Source of the DNA: Gammaproteobacteria bacterium
Lineage (GTDB): Bacteria > Pseudomonadota > Gammaproteobacteria > Steroidobacterales > Steroidobacteraceae
Assembly: GCA_028293745.1 (NCBI GenBank)
Contig: JAQGOF010000248.1
Location: forward strand, 4,177 to 68,176
Direction of reading: 5' to 3'
DNA: 64,000 bases
Position 1 is the first letter of the stretch. The number at the start of each line of letters is the position of its first letter. The position numbers and the translations under genes are program-made. Below are positions 38,282-48,291 of this stretch, piece after piece. The notes beneath the pieces are model-generated. The model was not told where the DNA came from. It did no database searches and saw nothing but the letters and a program-made list of their open reading frames with translations.

Positions 38282-38291
38282 GCGGCGCGGC

Positions 38292-38317
38292 CCGCGCACC
38301 GCGACGGTGCGGCGCGG
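38292..38317 (+). terminator. GC-rich stem-loop after the response regulator gene (candidate terminator)
   Basis: ccgcgcaccg ... cggtgcg(gc)gcgg, a 7-bp perfect core plus a 3-bp extension with a bulge, 11 nt after the TAA. No U-tract. Confidence 0.3.
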
Positions 38318-38411
38318 TGACATTTGCGTCATCCAGTTATAACCATAGCGCTACTGGTTTGATATCGACCCTCCAGTAAGCTGGCCTCCAGTCACTTCGA
38401 AAGGCCAGCCC

Positions 38412-39893
38412 ATGTCTCCACAACGCACGATCGTGATCGTCGGCGCCGGGTTCAGCGGCACCCTCGTAGCTGCAAACCTGTTGAGATCGCAGCATTGGGC
38501 CACAACGCGGATAGTGCTCATCGAGCGCTCAGCCAGCGTGGCACGCGGCAAAGCTTATGCAGACCGCGACCACCCCTACCTCTTGAACGTGCCAGCCGGG
38601 CGGATGTCCGCCGATACAAACTCTCCGCTCGACTTCCTGTCGTTCGCTCAACATCGCATCCCGGACGCGACGGCCGAAGACTTCCTGCCGCGTGCGCTCT
38701 ATGGGCAGTACCTCGAAGCCACGCTGCTGGACGCCGAAGTCTCGGCACCGCCTCACGTACAGTTTGAGCGGCTGCGCGACGATGTCTGCGCTGTCGAGAA
38801 AATCGGCGATGGATCTGGCTATCGCGTGCGATTGTCTAATGGCCACACAAGCGCGGACTCCGATGCTCACACGCTGGGTGCCGACTCCAATGGCCGCACG
38901 TTGGGTGCGGACACCCCTGGCCGCACCCTGCACGCCGACGATGTCGTATTGGCACTTGGCAATCCGCCACCTGGGCCGCTGCCCGGCACAGAAGAACTGC
39001 AACAATACGTTTCCGACCCGTGGGCACAGCCGCTGAAGTTCTCCCCAAACGAAACCGTCCTGCTGATTGGAAGCGGCCTGACGATGGTAGACGTCGCCAC
39101 CGCGGCAGCCACCTCCTCCAACGAACAGGCTGTCATCCATTCAATTTCCCGTCACGGCCTGGTACCACCCTCTCAGACGCAGTTTTCGCATTCCGCCTGC
39201 AACGGTGACAGCGCCTCGATGCTTCGTGCGGCATCATTCTCGGCGCTCACGCTTCTTCGAAGCGTTCGAGCACTGGCCGCCGAAACGGAGCGACGCGGTG
39301 GAGATTGGCGAGAGGCAGTCACGTTCATCCGCAACATCGCTCCCGCCCTGTGGCAACGCCTGCCAGCACGCGAAAAGCGACGGATGTTGAGACATGTGCG
39401 GCCGTACTGGGACGTGCATCGCCACAGGCTACCGAGCGAAACACTAGCGAAACTAAACCGCCTCCGGCATCGCCAGAAGCTTCACATACACGCAGGTCGG
39501 CTCATTCGATTTGAGGCGGTGGGTAGCCAGATTCGAGTGACGTGGAGAGCGCGAGGCGCTCACGAACTGCAAACCTTGCTCGTGGATCGCGTCGTTAACT
39601 GCACTGGCCCGGACTACAACGTGCGCCGCTCAAGCGATCCGCTGATGCGCTCGCTATTGGCGCAAGGCCTCGCGGTCTCGGACTCGCACAATCTCGGAAT
39701 ACGGACCGGTCAGTACGGAGCGTTGATCGACGCACAGGGACGTGCGTCGGCCAGTTTGTTCTATGTCGGCCCCATGCTGCGCGCAGATCATTGGGAGGCC
39801 ACAGCCGCGCAGGAACTGCGCGGCCATGCCGAGCGACTCGCGAGCTACCTGGCGGCACCCGTAGGGAGAATGCGAGCAACTGCAACAGCGTAG
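38412..39893 (+). CDS. FAD/NAD(P)-binding oxidoreductase of unknown function
   Basis: 493 aa. N-terminal dinucleotide fold IVIVGAGFSGTLVAANLL and a second Rossmann-like motif (VLLIGSGLTMVDVA). Contains an in-frame 3 x 27-nt repeat. Confidence 0.7.
   Translation: MSPQRTIVIVGAGFSGTLVAANLLRSQHWATTRIVLIERSASVARGKAYADRDHPYLLNVPAGRMSADTNSPLDFLSFAQHRIPDATAEDFLPRALYGQYLEATLLDAEVSAPPHVQFERLRDDVCAVEKIGDGSGYRVRLSNGHTSADSDAHTLGADSNGRTLGADTPGRTLHADDVVLALGNPPPGPLPGTEELQQYVSDPWAQPLKFSPNETVLLIGSGLTMVDVATAAATSSNEQAVIHSISRHGLVPPSQTQFSHSACNGDSASMLRAASFSALTLLRSVRALAAETERRGGDWREAVTFIRNIAPALWQRLPAREKRRMLRHVRPYWDVHRHRLPSETLAKLNRLRHRQKLHIHAGRLIRFEAVGSQIRVTWRARGAHELQTLLVDRVVNCTGPDYNVRRSSDPLMRSLLAQGLAVSDSHNLGIRTGQYGALIDAQGRASASLFYVGPMLRADHWEATAAQELRGHAERLASYLAAPVGRMRATATA
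38856..38936 (+). repeat. In-frame tandem repeat, 3 x 27 nt (DSDAHTLGA / DSNGRTLGA / DTPGRTLHA)
   Basis: gactccgatgctcacacgctgggtgcc / gactccaatggccgcacgttgggtgcg / gacacccctggccgcaccctgcacgcc, read directly. In phase with ORF 38412. Confidence 0.85.
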
Positions 39894-39908
39894 CCTAACG
39901 CCGGCGGC

Positions 39909-39929
39909 GGCGGCCATCGACAGGCCGCC
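39909..39929. terminator. 7-bp GC stem-loop between the convergent FAD-protein and sbp genes (candidate bidirectional terminator)
   Basis: ggcggcc-atcgaca-ggccgcc, located in the 49-nt gap between the two stop codons. Confidence 0.4.
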
Positions 39930-39942
39930 ACCTCTGCAGGGC

Positions 39943-40968
39943 CTACGGCGCGTAGATCTGATCAAACACCCCACCGTCGCCAAAGTGCGTGGGCTGCACC
40001 TTCGACCAGCCCCCAAAATCCGCAACCGTGAACAGCTTCAGCTTCGGATACTGCGCGGCATACTTGGCGGCAACCTCCGCGTCGCGTGGCCGGTAATAGT
40101 TCTTCGCCACAATCTCCTGCCCTTCCTTGCTGTACAGGTACTGCAGGTACGCCTGCGCCACCTCCCGCGTACCCCTGCGCAAGACCACCTTGTCGACAAC
40201 AGCCACAGGCGGCTCCGCGAGAACACTCATCGTCGGGACGACAATCTGCAGTTTGTCGGCGCCAAGCTCCTTGACCGCGAGCACTGCCTCGTTCTCCCAC
40301 GCAATCAGCACATCGCCCAGGCCGCGCTGTACGAACGTCGTGGTCGAGCCACGCGCGCCAGTATCCAAGACCGGCACGTTCTTGTAGAGCTTGCGGATAA
40401 ATTCCTTGGCCGTGGCATCATTGCCACCGGGTTGCTTGAGAGCCCAACCCCACGCCGCAAGATAATTCCAACGGGCACCACCCGAGGTCTTGGGATTGGG
40501 TGTGATCACGGCCACGCCGGGCTTGATCAGATCGGGCCAGTCCTTGATGCCCTTGGGGTTTCCCTTGCGGACCAGGAACACGATCGTCGAGGTGTACGGC
40601 GAGCTGTTGTCCGGCAAGCGGCTGGCCCAGTTGATCGGGAGCAGCTTTCCCTGGGTGGCGACTGCATCGATGTCAGCCGCCAGGGCGAGGGTCACGACAT
40701 CCGCGGCGAGTCCATCGATGACCGAACGCGCCTGCTTGCCCGATCCGCCATGCGACTGGTTGATCTTGACATCCTGACCGGTCTTGGCCTTCCAATACTT
40801 GGCAAACGCCGCGTTATAGTCGACGTACAGCTCGCGCGTGGGATCGTAGGAAACGTTGAGCAGCGTGACCTCTGCAGCTCGTGCGAAGGATCCGCCGAAA
40901 AGCGTCGCGGCACCCAGGCCGAACGCAGTGATGGCCGCCACTCGTGGCAGCCAATGTTTGAACTTCAT
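39943..40968 (-). CDS. sbp: Sulfate-binding periplasmic protein
   Basis: 341 aa with a signal peptide. [13 protein letters not shown]...[27 protein letters not shown] closely matches my recollection of E. coli Sbp/CysP. Confidence 0.92.
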   Translation of the reverse strand: MKFKHWLPRVAAITAFGLGAATLFGGSFARAAEVTLLNVSYDPTRELYVDYNAAFAKYWKAKTGQDVKINQSHGGSGKQARSVIDGLAADVVTLALAADIDAVATQGKLLPINWASRLPDNSSPYTSTIVFLVRKGNPKGIKDWPDLIKPGVAVITPNPKTSGGARWNYLAAWGWALKQPGGNDATAKEFIRKLYKNVPVLDTGARGSTTTFVQRGLGDVLIAWENEAVLAVKELGADKLQIVVPTMSVLAEPPVAVVDKVVLRRGTREVAQAYLQYLYSKEGQEIVAKNYYRPRDAEVAAKYAAQYPKLKLFTVADFGGWSKVQPTHFGDGGVFDQIYAP

Positions 40969-41050
40969 CAGCCTTCTCCGGAATTATTCTTGCTTTGAAA
41001 TGCTACGGCCGGCCGGTGAGTTTGTCAGTCTGCCCGCGGTTACAGAATGG

Positions 41051-41731
41051 TTATATAGCGCCAACTCCAGCTACACCGGCAAACCCGAGCGCACGCAATA
41101 GGCAGGGTTCCAGTGCGTCCGCAGCACGCTCCACTGAGTCCGGACCTCCCAGCTCGACCAGTTGCGTCATCTGTAGACCCTCGTAGCCACACGGATTGAT
41201 CCGGCTGAAGGGTTCCAGGTCGAGATTCACGTTCACTGCAAGACCGTGATAGCTGGAGTGGCGCCGGACGCGGATCCCGACGCTGCCGAGCTTTTTGTCG
41301 GCGACGTAGATGCCGGGAGCGCCGCGCCGAGTCTCGGCAGTGATACCGAATTCACTCGCGAGTTGGATCACGCTCTGCTCGAGAGCCGTAACGATATCGC
41401 GGACACCTAACTTTGCACGCCTCAGGTCAACGAGCGGATACACAACGAGTTGACCAGGACCGTGGTAAGTCACCTGTCCCCCACGGTCGATCTGCACCAC
41501 CGGGATATCACCAGGAACCAGCACATGAGCTGTGCTGGCATTCATGCCAAGCGTAAAAACCGGGGGATGCTCTAGAAACCAGATCTCATCAGGGGTTGCA
41601 GCGTTTCGCTCATCAGTAAAGCGCTGCATGGCGCGCCAGGTAGGCTCGTACTCAACACGCCCAAGGCGCCGCACGATCGGCTGGATGTCAATCGGCTGCT
41701 GATCAATTTGATCGGCAACGCGGGCGTTCAC
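41051..41731 (-). CDS. lipB: Octanoyltransferase LipB
   Basis: ORF 41051..41872 trimmed to GTG 41731 (GTGA overlap with the lipA stop). Motifs [12 protein letters not shown] and [18 protein letters not shown]. 226 aa. Confidence 0.88.
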   Translation of the reverse strand: MNARVADQIDQQPIDIQPIVRRLGRVEYEPTWRAMQRFTDERNAATPDEIWFLEHPPVFTLGMNASTAHVLVPGDIPVVQIDRGGQVTYHGPGQLVVYPLVDLRRAKLGVRDIVTALEQSVIQLASEFGITAETRRGAPGIYVADKKLGSVGIRVRRHSSYHGLAVNVNLDLEPFSRINPCGYEGLQMTQLVELGGPDSVERAADALEPCLLRALGFAGVAGVGAI

Positions 41732-42774
41732 TTTCCAACAGCCAGCGCACCGGTCTGCAATGAGCCATTGTTCAGCCCGGCGTTGTTGCGATTGAGCGCC
41801 TGTTCTGCCCGATAGCTCGAGCGGACCAGCGGACCTGAAACGCACTCTAGGAAGCCTCGCGCCAAAGCCCACTCGCGGTACTTGTCGAACTCTGCCGGCG
41901 TGACGAATCGCTCAATTGGCAGGTGATTCGCCGTTGGCCGCAGGTATTGTCCCAACGTGACGATGTCCACGCCCGCTGCGCGCAAGTCATCCAGTGTCTG
42001 TGCAATCTCCTCGTCCGTTTCACCGAGTCCGAGCATCAAGCTGCTCTTGGTCAAAACCTTCGGGTTGTGACGCTTGCCATGCTCCAACACTCGCAGCGTC
42101 TGGTCGTAACCAGCGCGAGGATCCCGGACCGGATGCGTCAGACGCCGCACCGTCTCGATGTTCTGGGCAAACACTTCCAGACCAGAGTCCACGACCGTTT
42201 CGACGTCCGTCAGGACGCCTTGGAAGTCGGGAGTCAGCGCTTCAACCGCCGTCGAGGGATTCCGTTCCTTGATCGCACGAATGCAGGCGGCGTAATGACC
42301 CGCGCCCCCGTCCGGTAAGTCGTCGCGATTAACAGATGTCAACACCACGTACCTGAGCTTCATCAGCTCAACGGTACGCGCGGCATTCTCCGGTTCCTCA
42401 GCATCGAGCCAGCCCCGTGGATTGCCCGTGTCTACTGAGCAGAACCTGCAGGCGCGCGTACAGACGGCACCCATGAGCATGACCGTGGCAGTACCTGCGT
42501 TCCAGCACTCGCCAATGTTGGGACACTTGGCTTCCTCACATACCGTTGAGAGACGGTGCTCCTTAACCAGGGCTTTGACGCCTTGAAAGCCGGCGCCAGA
42601 GGGAGCCTTGGCCCGAAGCCAGGACGGTTTGCGCAATATCCCGGTGGGACGCACGACGGACCCGCCGCCCGCCTTCACTCCGTCCCGAATAGCAGTAAAC
42701 CCTTGAGGAGTAACGTATTTTTCGCCACTACGAGGCCGGGCAGCCTCCGCAGCGTCAGCAATGGGGTTGGGCAT
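41728..42774 (-). CDS. lipA: Lipoyl synthase
   Basis: 348 aa. Auxiliary cluster [13 protein letters not shown] and radical-SAM CTRACRFC. Confidence 0.95.
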   Translation of the reverse strand: MPNPIADAAEAARPRSGEKYVTPQGFTAIRDGVKAGGGSVVRPTGILRKPSWLRAKAPSGAGFQGVKALVKEHRLSTVCEEAKCPNIGECWNAGTATVMLMGAVCTRACRFCSVDTGNPRGWLDAEEPENAARTVELMKLRYVVLTSVNRDDLPDGGAGHYAACIRAIKERNPSTAVEALTPDFQGVLTDVETVVDSGLEVFAQNIETVRRLTHPVRDPRAGYDQTLRVLEHGKRHNPKVLTKSSLMLGLGETDEEIAQTLDDLRAAGVDIVTLGQYLRPTANHLPIERFVTPAEFDKYREWALARGFLECVSGPLVRSSYRAEQALNRNNAGLNNGSLQTGALAVGK

Positions 42775-42792
42775 GCCCCCATTGTACTTCGC

Positions 42793-43482
42793 CTATCGCC
42801 GCCCCGCTCCTACCCGCTCATCCAGCTCGGCAAGACGCTGGGGCGTCCCCACATCGCACCATTCACCTTCATGCAATTGCCCACGCAGGCGGCCAGCCGC
42901 AATTGCACGCTTCAACAGCGGCAGCAGTGGGAATTTCCCGCCAGTGCAGCCCTCGAAAAACTCCGGCCGATACACCCCGACACCGGAATAAGTGAACCGC
43001 CCGGTCTGCCGCTCCACCACCTGCTCACCTTCGAGGCCAAAATCACCTCGAGGATGTTGAGTTGGATTGGGCACGAGCACGAGCCGGGCCGACGCGCCCG
43101 AGCGCGTGTCCGTGTCCGCTCGCGCCAGTAACGCCCCGAAGTCGATGTCGGTGAACGTATCACCGTTCACGACCAGGAAGGGCCCCGGTCCCAGAAGTTG
43201 GATGGCGTTGAAAATCCCACCGCCCGTTTCGAGTGCCACCGGTCCTTCATCGATGTAAGTGATGCGCACGCCGTATTCGCTTCCATCCCGCAACGCTGTG
43301 CGAAGCTCGTCCGCCAGCCAGGACAGATTGATGACGACATCGCGGACTCCGGCTCGCGCCAGGGCCTCGAGGTGGTAAACGATCAGCGGCTTGCCAGCCA
43401 CCCGCACGAGCGGCTTGGGCAGGGTATCCGTAATGGGCCGCAGCCGTTCACCACGACCTGCGGCCAGCACCATGGCTTTCAT
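42793..43482 (-). CDS. murU: Sugar-1-phosphate nucleotidyltransferase, MurU-like (MurNAc-1-P uridylyltransferase)
   Basis: 229 aa with MVLAAGRGERLRPITDTLPKPL. Overlaps the upstream kinase gene by 4 nt. amgK-murU diverging from lptD is the arrangement known from Pseudomonas. Confidence 0.7.
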   Translation of the reverse strand: MKAMVLAAGRGERLRPITDTLPKPLVRVAGKPLIVYHLEALARAGVRDVVINLSWLADELRTALRDGSEYGVRITYIDEGPVALETGGGIFNAIQLLGPGPFLVVNGDTFTDIDFGALLARADTDTRSGASARLVLVPNPTQHPRGDFGLEGEQVVERQTGRFTYSGVGVYRPEFFEGCTGGKFPLLPLLKRAIAAGRLRGQLHEGEWCDVGTPQRLAELDERVGAGRR

Positions 43483-44519
43483 TTGGACTTGTTTGCCACG
43501 GCTGCGCGCGCGTTCGCGCGGGAAAGCTCCGGGACGATCCGCTGCTCGAGCATGCGGGAAAACTCGGTCAGTTCAGGGTAGAGTCCGGCGGTAGCGCGCA
43601 CGTACTCGAGCGTCAAGGGCAGATCCCGCAAGTACCCCGCCTTTGCGTCGCGATACCACAGGCGCGCGAATATCCCGAGCACCTTGATGTGCCGCTGCAA
43701 TCCAATCAGATCGAACCATCGCAGGAACTCGCGATCGTCGCGTCCTCCAGGACCGCCACGCGAGCGGAGGAGGTTGCGATAGCCGCTCACCCAGTTTTCG
43801 ACTCGCTCGCGCGGCCACCCGATGTAGCAATCCTTGAGCAGCGACACGAGGTCGTAGCCAATAGGTCCGCGCAGCGCGTCCTGGAAATCGATGATGCCGG
43901 GATTGCGCTCCGTCATGACCATCAGGTTGCGCGAGTGATAGTCGCGATGCACGAACACCGAGGGCTGCATGAGGGCTTCGGCGATCAGGAAATCGAATGC
44001 ATCGGCGAGGATCTGATTGTCGGCATCGGTCAGAGTCACCTCCAGGTGCCGCCGGCAAAACCATTCGGGCATCAAAGCCATCTCGCGTGCGAGGGGCTCT
44101 CGGTCGTAGGGCGCCAGCTCGCGAGCAGCATCCATGCCCCGCGTTTGAATCTCAGCAAGGGCGAACAACGCGTCCCCGTAGAGCCGATCCGGATCGTCCC
44201 CCTCATTGAGACGCTGCAGATACTGGGTCACGCCCAGGTCTTCGAGGAGCAGAAGACCCTTGGCGACGTCTGCTTCATGCACGTGAGGCACATGCACGCC
44301 CAGGGATTCCAGTAAGCCCGCCACTTTCAGATAAGGACGCACATCCTCCTTTTCCGGCGGTGCATCCATGACCACGAAAGTCTCGCCGTTGCGAAACGCC
44401 CGGAAATAACGGCGGAAGCTCGCATCACTGGACGCTGGCTCGACTCTCTCGGGAGGTATTCCGAGGTCCTTCGTCAACCAGTCCTGGACAAGCGCGAGTC
44501 GAGCGTCGTTCTCTGGCAT
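43479..44519 (-). CDS. amgK: Aminoglycoside-phosphotransferase-fold kinase, AmgK-like (anomeric MurNAc/GlcNAc kinase)
   Basis: ORF trimmed to ATG 44519 (MPENDARLALVQDW...). Catalytic loop HRDYHSRNLM and DFQDA. Confidence 0.7.
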   Translation of the reverse strand: MPENDARLALVQDWLTKDLGIPPERVEPASSDASFRRYFRAFRNGETFVVMDAPPEKEDVRPYLKVAGLLESLGVHVPHVHEADVAKGLLLLEDLGVTQYLQRLNEGDDPDRLYGDALFALAEIQTRGMDAARELAPYDREPLAREMALMPEWFCRRHLEVTLTDADNQILADAFDFLIAEALMQPSVFVHRDYHSRNLMVMTERNPGIIDFQDALRGPIGYDLVSLLKDCYIGWPRERVENWVSGYRNLLRSRGGPGGRDDREFLRWFDLIGLQRHIKVLGIFARLWYRDAKAGYLRDLPLTLEYVRATAGLYPELTEFSRMLEQRIVPELSRANARAAVANKSK

Positions 44520-44568
44520 GGGTGGGGTGAGCTTTTTCGGCCCGCAGTGCGTCGATAGCGCCATTATA

Positions 44569-46923
44569 ATGCCGCCCCTCATGCTGCAATGGCGCCCACT
44601 TCACATCACCGTATTGTCCTTGGCTGCCATTGCGTCCACCGGATGGGCCGCGGATGCCCCGCTGTGTCCTTCCCAGCAGACACAGGCGGTAGCGCACTCG
44701 CCCACGGCTACGCCCGCCGCGCCGGCTGAGCCAACGAAGGAAGAGAAGCCCAGCGGCGCGATCGATACCCACAGTGACCACGCAACCTTCGATGTCCAGG
44801 GCAATGCGTCACTGCAAGGAAACGTGACAGTACGTCAGGGCGACCGCGAGATCCACGCCGACGAGATTCAGTACAACTCCAAAACCAACGCGTTCAAAAC
44901 CGATAAGGGCCTGGAGTACGTAGACCCGCTCGTGCGCATCACGGGCAACGGAGGCAACTACTCGCCCACCGAAGGCGCGAACTTCCACTCCGCCACGTTC
45001 GACCTGCGGCAACGTGCGGCCCGCGGCTCGGCCGAAGCTCTGCAAATGACACCGCAAGGCGTGATCAATTTGAAAGGCGTGCGGTTTACGACGTGTCCGA
45101 AGGTCGAGGAAGCCTGGGAGATCCGCGCGAAGAGCGTAACCCTGGACACGGGAGCACGGATCGGCGAAGCACGCCACGCAGTAGTCGATTTCCAAGGCGT
45201 GCCCATTCTCTATCTTCCCTGGCTGTCGTTTCCGCTGAGCAACGAGCGCAAGAGCGGCTTTCTGTACCCGACGATAGGCAACAACTCGCGCAGCGGAGCA
45301 TCGTTCTCCATTCCGTATTACTGGAACATCGCCCCGAATGCCGACCTGACTTTCGAGCCTATCGTCTATTCGCGCAGAGGGGCCGATCTCGGCGGTGAAA
45401 CGCGCTACCTGAGCTCGAACGATCACGGCACCATCGCCTGGAACTATCTGCCCTACGACAACGTGTTCAACTCCGGCAGGAGCCGCGTAAAGATCGCCAA
45501 TGCACTGGAGCTGCCGGGGAATTACCGCTTCTCCATCGACGCCGAGAACGTCAGCGACACGCACTATTTCGAGGACTTTGCGCAGGGCCCGGAAGGCACC
45601 AGCACGGCGTTCGTGCAGCAGCAGGCGGCCGTGACCTATCGCGACGAGCATTGGAAGGTGGATGGCCAGGTCCAGCACTACCGGACCATGGACTACACCT
45701 TGAGAGAAGTTGACAGGCCCTACGCGCGCCTGCCCAGCCTGGGCGTCAGCGCGGATTTCGGTTGGGGTCCGGCCGAGCAATTGCGCTATGGGTTCGAGTC
45801 CGAGATCGTCAACTTCCACCGCTCGATCGACACCATCGATGTGGTAAGTGGACTAAGAACCTGCACCGGCCCGGCCCCGACCCCGTGCGTCAACGGCTGG
45901 CGCGTCGACGTCATGCCCGAAGCGTCTCTCAACTTCGATGCACCCGGCTACTTCGTGCGTCCTGGAATCGCCTGGCGAGCAACCCAGTACCAGCTCGATA
46001 ACACCCTGCCGGGTGAGGATCGCTCACCCTCGCGGATCGTACCCATCGCGAGCTTCGACACGGGGTTGATGTTCGAGCGCGAAGCCGGCTCGCACAACCA
46101 GCGCAGGATCACGCTGGAGCCGCGACTGATGTACCTGTATGTCCCGTATCGCAACCAGGATCAGCTGCCGCTGTTTGATACAGGCCTCCCCGACCTCGAC
46201 CCTGTCGAACTGTTCCGCAACAACCGCTACGTCGGTGCGGATCGCGTTGGCGATGCAAACCAGGTGAGCCTCGGAGTCACCAGCCGGCTGCTGGACGCCC
46301 GCAACGGCCGGCAGTTCCTGACTGCCACGGTGGGGCAGATCTACTACATCACCAATCCGCGCGTGTTGCTGCCGAGCCAATTCCTGGACGGCGAGCTGGT
46401 GCCGGGTGAGACGCCACGGACCGACCACCGGTCTGATTTCGTGGCACAGGTCGCCCTCACGGCGTTCCAGGACTGGAGCGCCGATATCGGCCTGCAGTGG
46501 AACCCACAGAGCGGGCAGGCGGAGCGATCCGAGGTGAATGTCCAGTACAAACCCTCCGGCCAGTCGGTCATCAACCTCGGCTACCGCTACCAGCGGGATG
46601 TGCTGGAGCAGGCCGAGATCTCGAGCTCCTGGCCGGTGAGCGATGCCTGGAATATCTTTGTTCGCGGCATCTACTCGATCCAGGACCACAAGTCACTGGA
46701 GCGGTTTGCCGGCTTCGAGTACCGTGCGTGCTGCTGGCGGGTGCGGGTCGGGGGCCGCAGCTTCGTCAGCACCAGAACTGGCTCGTCGGACACGGGTGTG
46801 TACCTGCAACTGGAACTCACCGGCCTTGCAAGTGTCGGATCCCAATCAGATTCTTTCTTAACCACAGCCATCCGGGGCTATGTACCCGCGGACAGCTCCA
46901 TTCGGCAAACCCAGGGCCCCTGA
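44569..46923 (+). CDS. lptD: LPS-assembly outer membrane protein LptD
   Basis: ~784-aa beta-barrel-type sequence with a signal peptide (…HITVLSLAAIASTGWA). Followed by surA-pdxA-rsmA as in E. coli and Pseudomonas. Start is ATG 44569 or ATG 44581. Confidence 0.85.
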   Translation: MPPLMLQWRPLHITVLSLAAIASTGWAADAPLCPSQQTQAVAHSPTATPAAPAEPTKEEKPSGAIDTHSDHATFDVQGNASLQGNVTVRQGDREIHADEIQYNSKTNAFKTDKGLEYVDPLVRITGNGGNYSPTEGANFHSATFDLRQRAARGSAEALQMTPQGVINLKGVRFTTCPKVEEAWEIRAKSVTLDTGARIGEARHAVVDFQGVPILYLPWLSFPLSNERKSGFLYPTIGNNSRSGASFSIPYYWNIAPNADLTFEPIVYSRRGADLGGETRYLSSNDHGTIAWNYLPYDNVFNSGRSRVKIANALELPGNYRFSIDAENVSDTHYFEDFAQGPEGTSTAFVQQQAAVTYRDEHWKVDGQVQHYRTMDYTLREVDRPYARLPSLGVSADFGWGPAEQLRYGFESEIVNFHRSIDTIDVVSGLRTCTGPAPTPCVNGWRVDVMPEASLNFDAPGYFVRPGIAWRATQYQLDNTLPGEDRSPSRIVPIASFDTGLMFEREAGSHNQRRITLEPRLMYLYVPYRNQDQLPLFDTGLPDLDPVELFRNNRYVGADRVGDANQVSLGVTSRLLDARNGRQFLTATVGQIYYITNPRVLLPSQFLDGELVPGETPRTDHRSDFVAQVALTAFQDWSADIGLQWNPQSGQAERSEVNVQYKPSGQSVINLGYRYQRDVLEQAEISSSWPVSDAWNIFVRGIYSIQDHKSLERFAGFEYRACCWRVRVGGRSFVSTRTGSSDTGVYLQLELTGLASVGSQSDSFLTTAIRGYVPADSSIRQTQGP

Positions 46924-46945
46924 GGGCCACGATGAAGGAAGACCC

Positions 46946-48274
46946 ATGCGGCGGATTGTTACGCTGGCTGCGCTCGCGGCCGTGACAGCAGGGCAGCTCC
47001 TTGCCCTTCAAGGACAAGGACTTGCATACGCACAGACCCGCGAGCTGGCCACCAAGGGCGTCCTGTTGGACCGCGTCGCTGCCGTCGTGAACGACGGCGT
47101 GGTGCTGAATAGCGAGCTCGATGACCAGGTAGTCACCATCGGCGAGCGGCTGCGTGCTCAGAAGCTCGAGCTGCCGCCGCAAAACGTCCTGCGCCAGCAG
47201 GTGCTCGAGCGGCTAGTGCTGCAGGAGATCCAGGCCCAGCGCGCCAACAAAGCAGGGCTCAAGGTGCCCGATGAGGCGCTGAACGGCGCCCTGCAGGAAG
47301 TTGCACAGCGCAACAACATCCCCCTGTCCCAGCTTCCGGAAGCACTTTCACAGCAGGGGATCGACTACGCCTCTTACCGCGAGGAAATGCGCAAAGAGCT
47401 CACGCTCGGGCTGCTGCGGCAGCGCGACGTGCTGCAGCGGATCAGCATTACGCCCCGCGAGGTCGAGCAGTTTCTGGCAAAGCAGGCCAATACGCCCTCG
47501 GAAAACAATCAGTACAACGTTTCCCACATCCTGATTGCGGTCGGTCAGACCGCCACCCCCGAGCAGCTCGATCAGGCGGGAAAACGCGCGGCTGAAGTCT
47601 CTCAGCGAGCGAAGGGCGGCGAAGACTTCGCAAAGCTGGCAGTAGCCTACTCGAATGCACAGACGGCTCTCGAGGGTGGTGCACTGGGATGGCGCAAAGG
47701 GAGCGAGCTGCCGACGTTCCTCACCGATGTCGTCACTAAACTCAAGCCCGGCGAGGTCAGCCAACCGCTGCGGACACCCACCGGCTTTCACATCATCAAG
47801 CTGAACGAAGTGCGCGGTTCCGAAGCGAAGGCGATCGTGGACCAGGTGCACGTCCGCCACATTCTCATGAAGACCAACGAGCTTGCCGACGATGCGACCG
47901 TGCGCCAGAAGCTCGAACAGCTTCGCGAGCGGATTTCGAAGGGCGAGGATTTTGCCGGCCTGGCGTCGATTACGTCCGAGGATCCCGGCTCGGCCTCGCA
48001 GGGCGGCGATCTGGGATGGGCCGGTCCGGGCAACTTCGTGCCGGAATTCGACGAGGCGATCGCAAAACTCAAGGACCAGGAGATCAGCGAGCCGTTCCAT
48101 ACCCAGTATGGCTGGCACATCGCCCAGTTGCTGGGCCGCCGGCAGTTTGACAATACCGACGAGCTCAAGCGCCACCAGGCCATGGAAGCCATCCGCGCCA
48201 GCAAGGCCGACGAAGAGACCGAGTTGTGGCTGCGCCGGCTGCGCGATGAAGCGTACGTCGAGACAAAACTCTAG
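46946..48274 (+). CDS. surA: Periplasmic chaperone/PPIase SurA
   Basis: ATG 46946 preceded by GAAGGAAG. Signal peptide and two parvulin domains (GGALGWRKGSELP; GGDLGWAGPGNFVPEF). Confidence 0.9.
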   Translation: MRRIVTLAALAAVTAGQLLALQGQGLAYAQTRELATKGVLLDRVAAVVNDGVVLNSELDDQVVTIGERLRAQKLELPPQNVLRQQVLERLVLQEIQAQRANKAGLKVPDEALNGALQEVAQRNNIPLSQLPEALSQQGIDYASYREEMRKELTLGLLRQRDVLQRISITPREVEQFLAKQANTPSENNQYNVSHILIAVGQTATPEQLDQAGKRAAEVSQRAKGGEDFAKLAVAYSNAQTALEGGALGWRKGSELPTFLTDVVTKLKPGEVSQPLRTPTGFHIIKLNEVRGSEAKAIVDQVHVRHILMKTNELADDATVRQKLEQLRERISKGEDFAGLASITSEDPGSASQGGDLGWAGPGNFVPEFDEAIAKLKDQEISEPFHTQYGWHIAQLLGRRQFDNTDELKRHQAMEAIRASKADEETELWLRRLRDEAYVETKL

Positions 48275-48291
48275 AGCGCGGCAGGCGCGCA

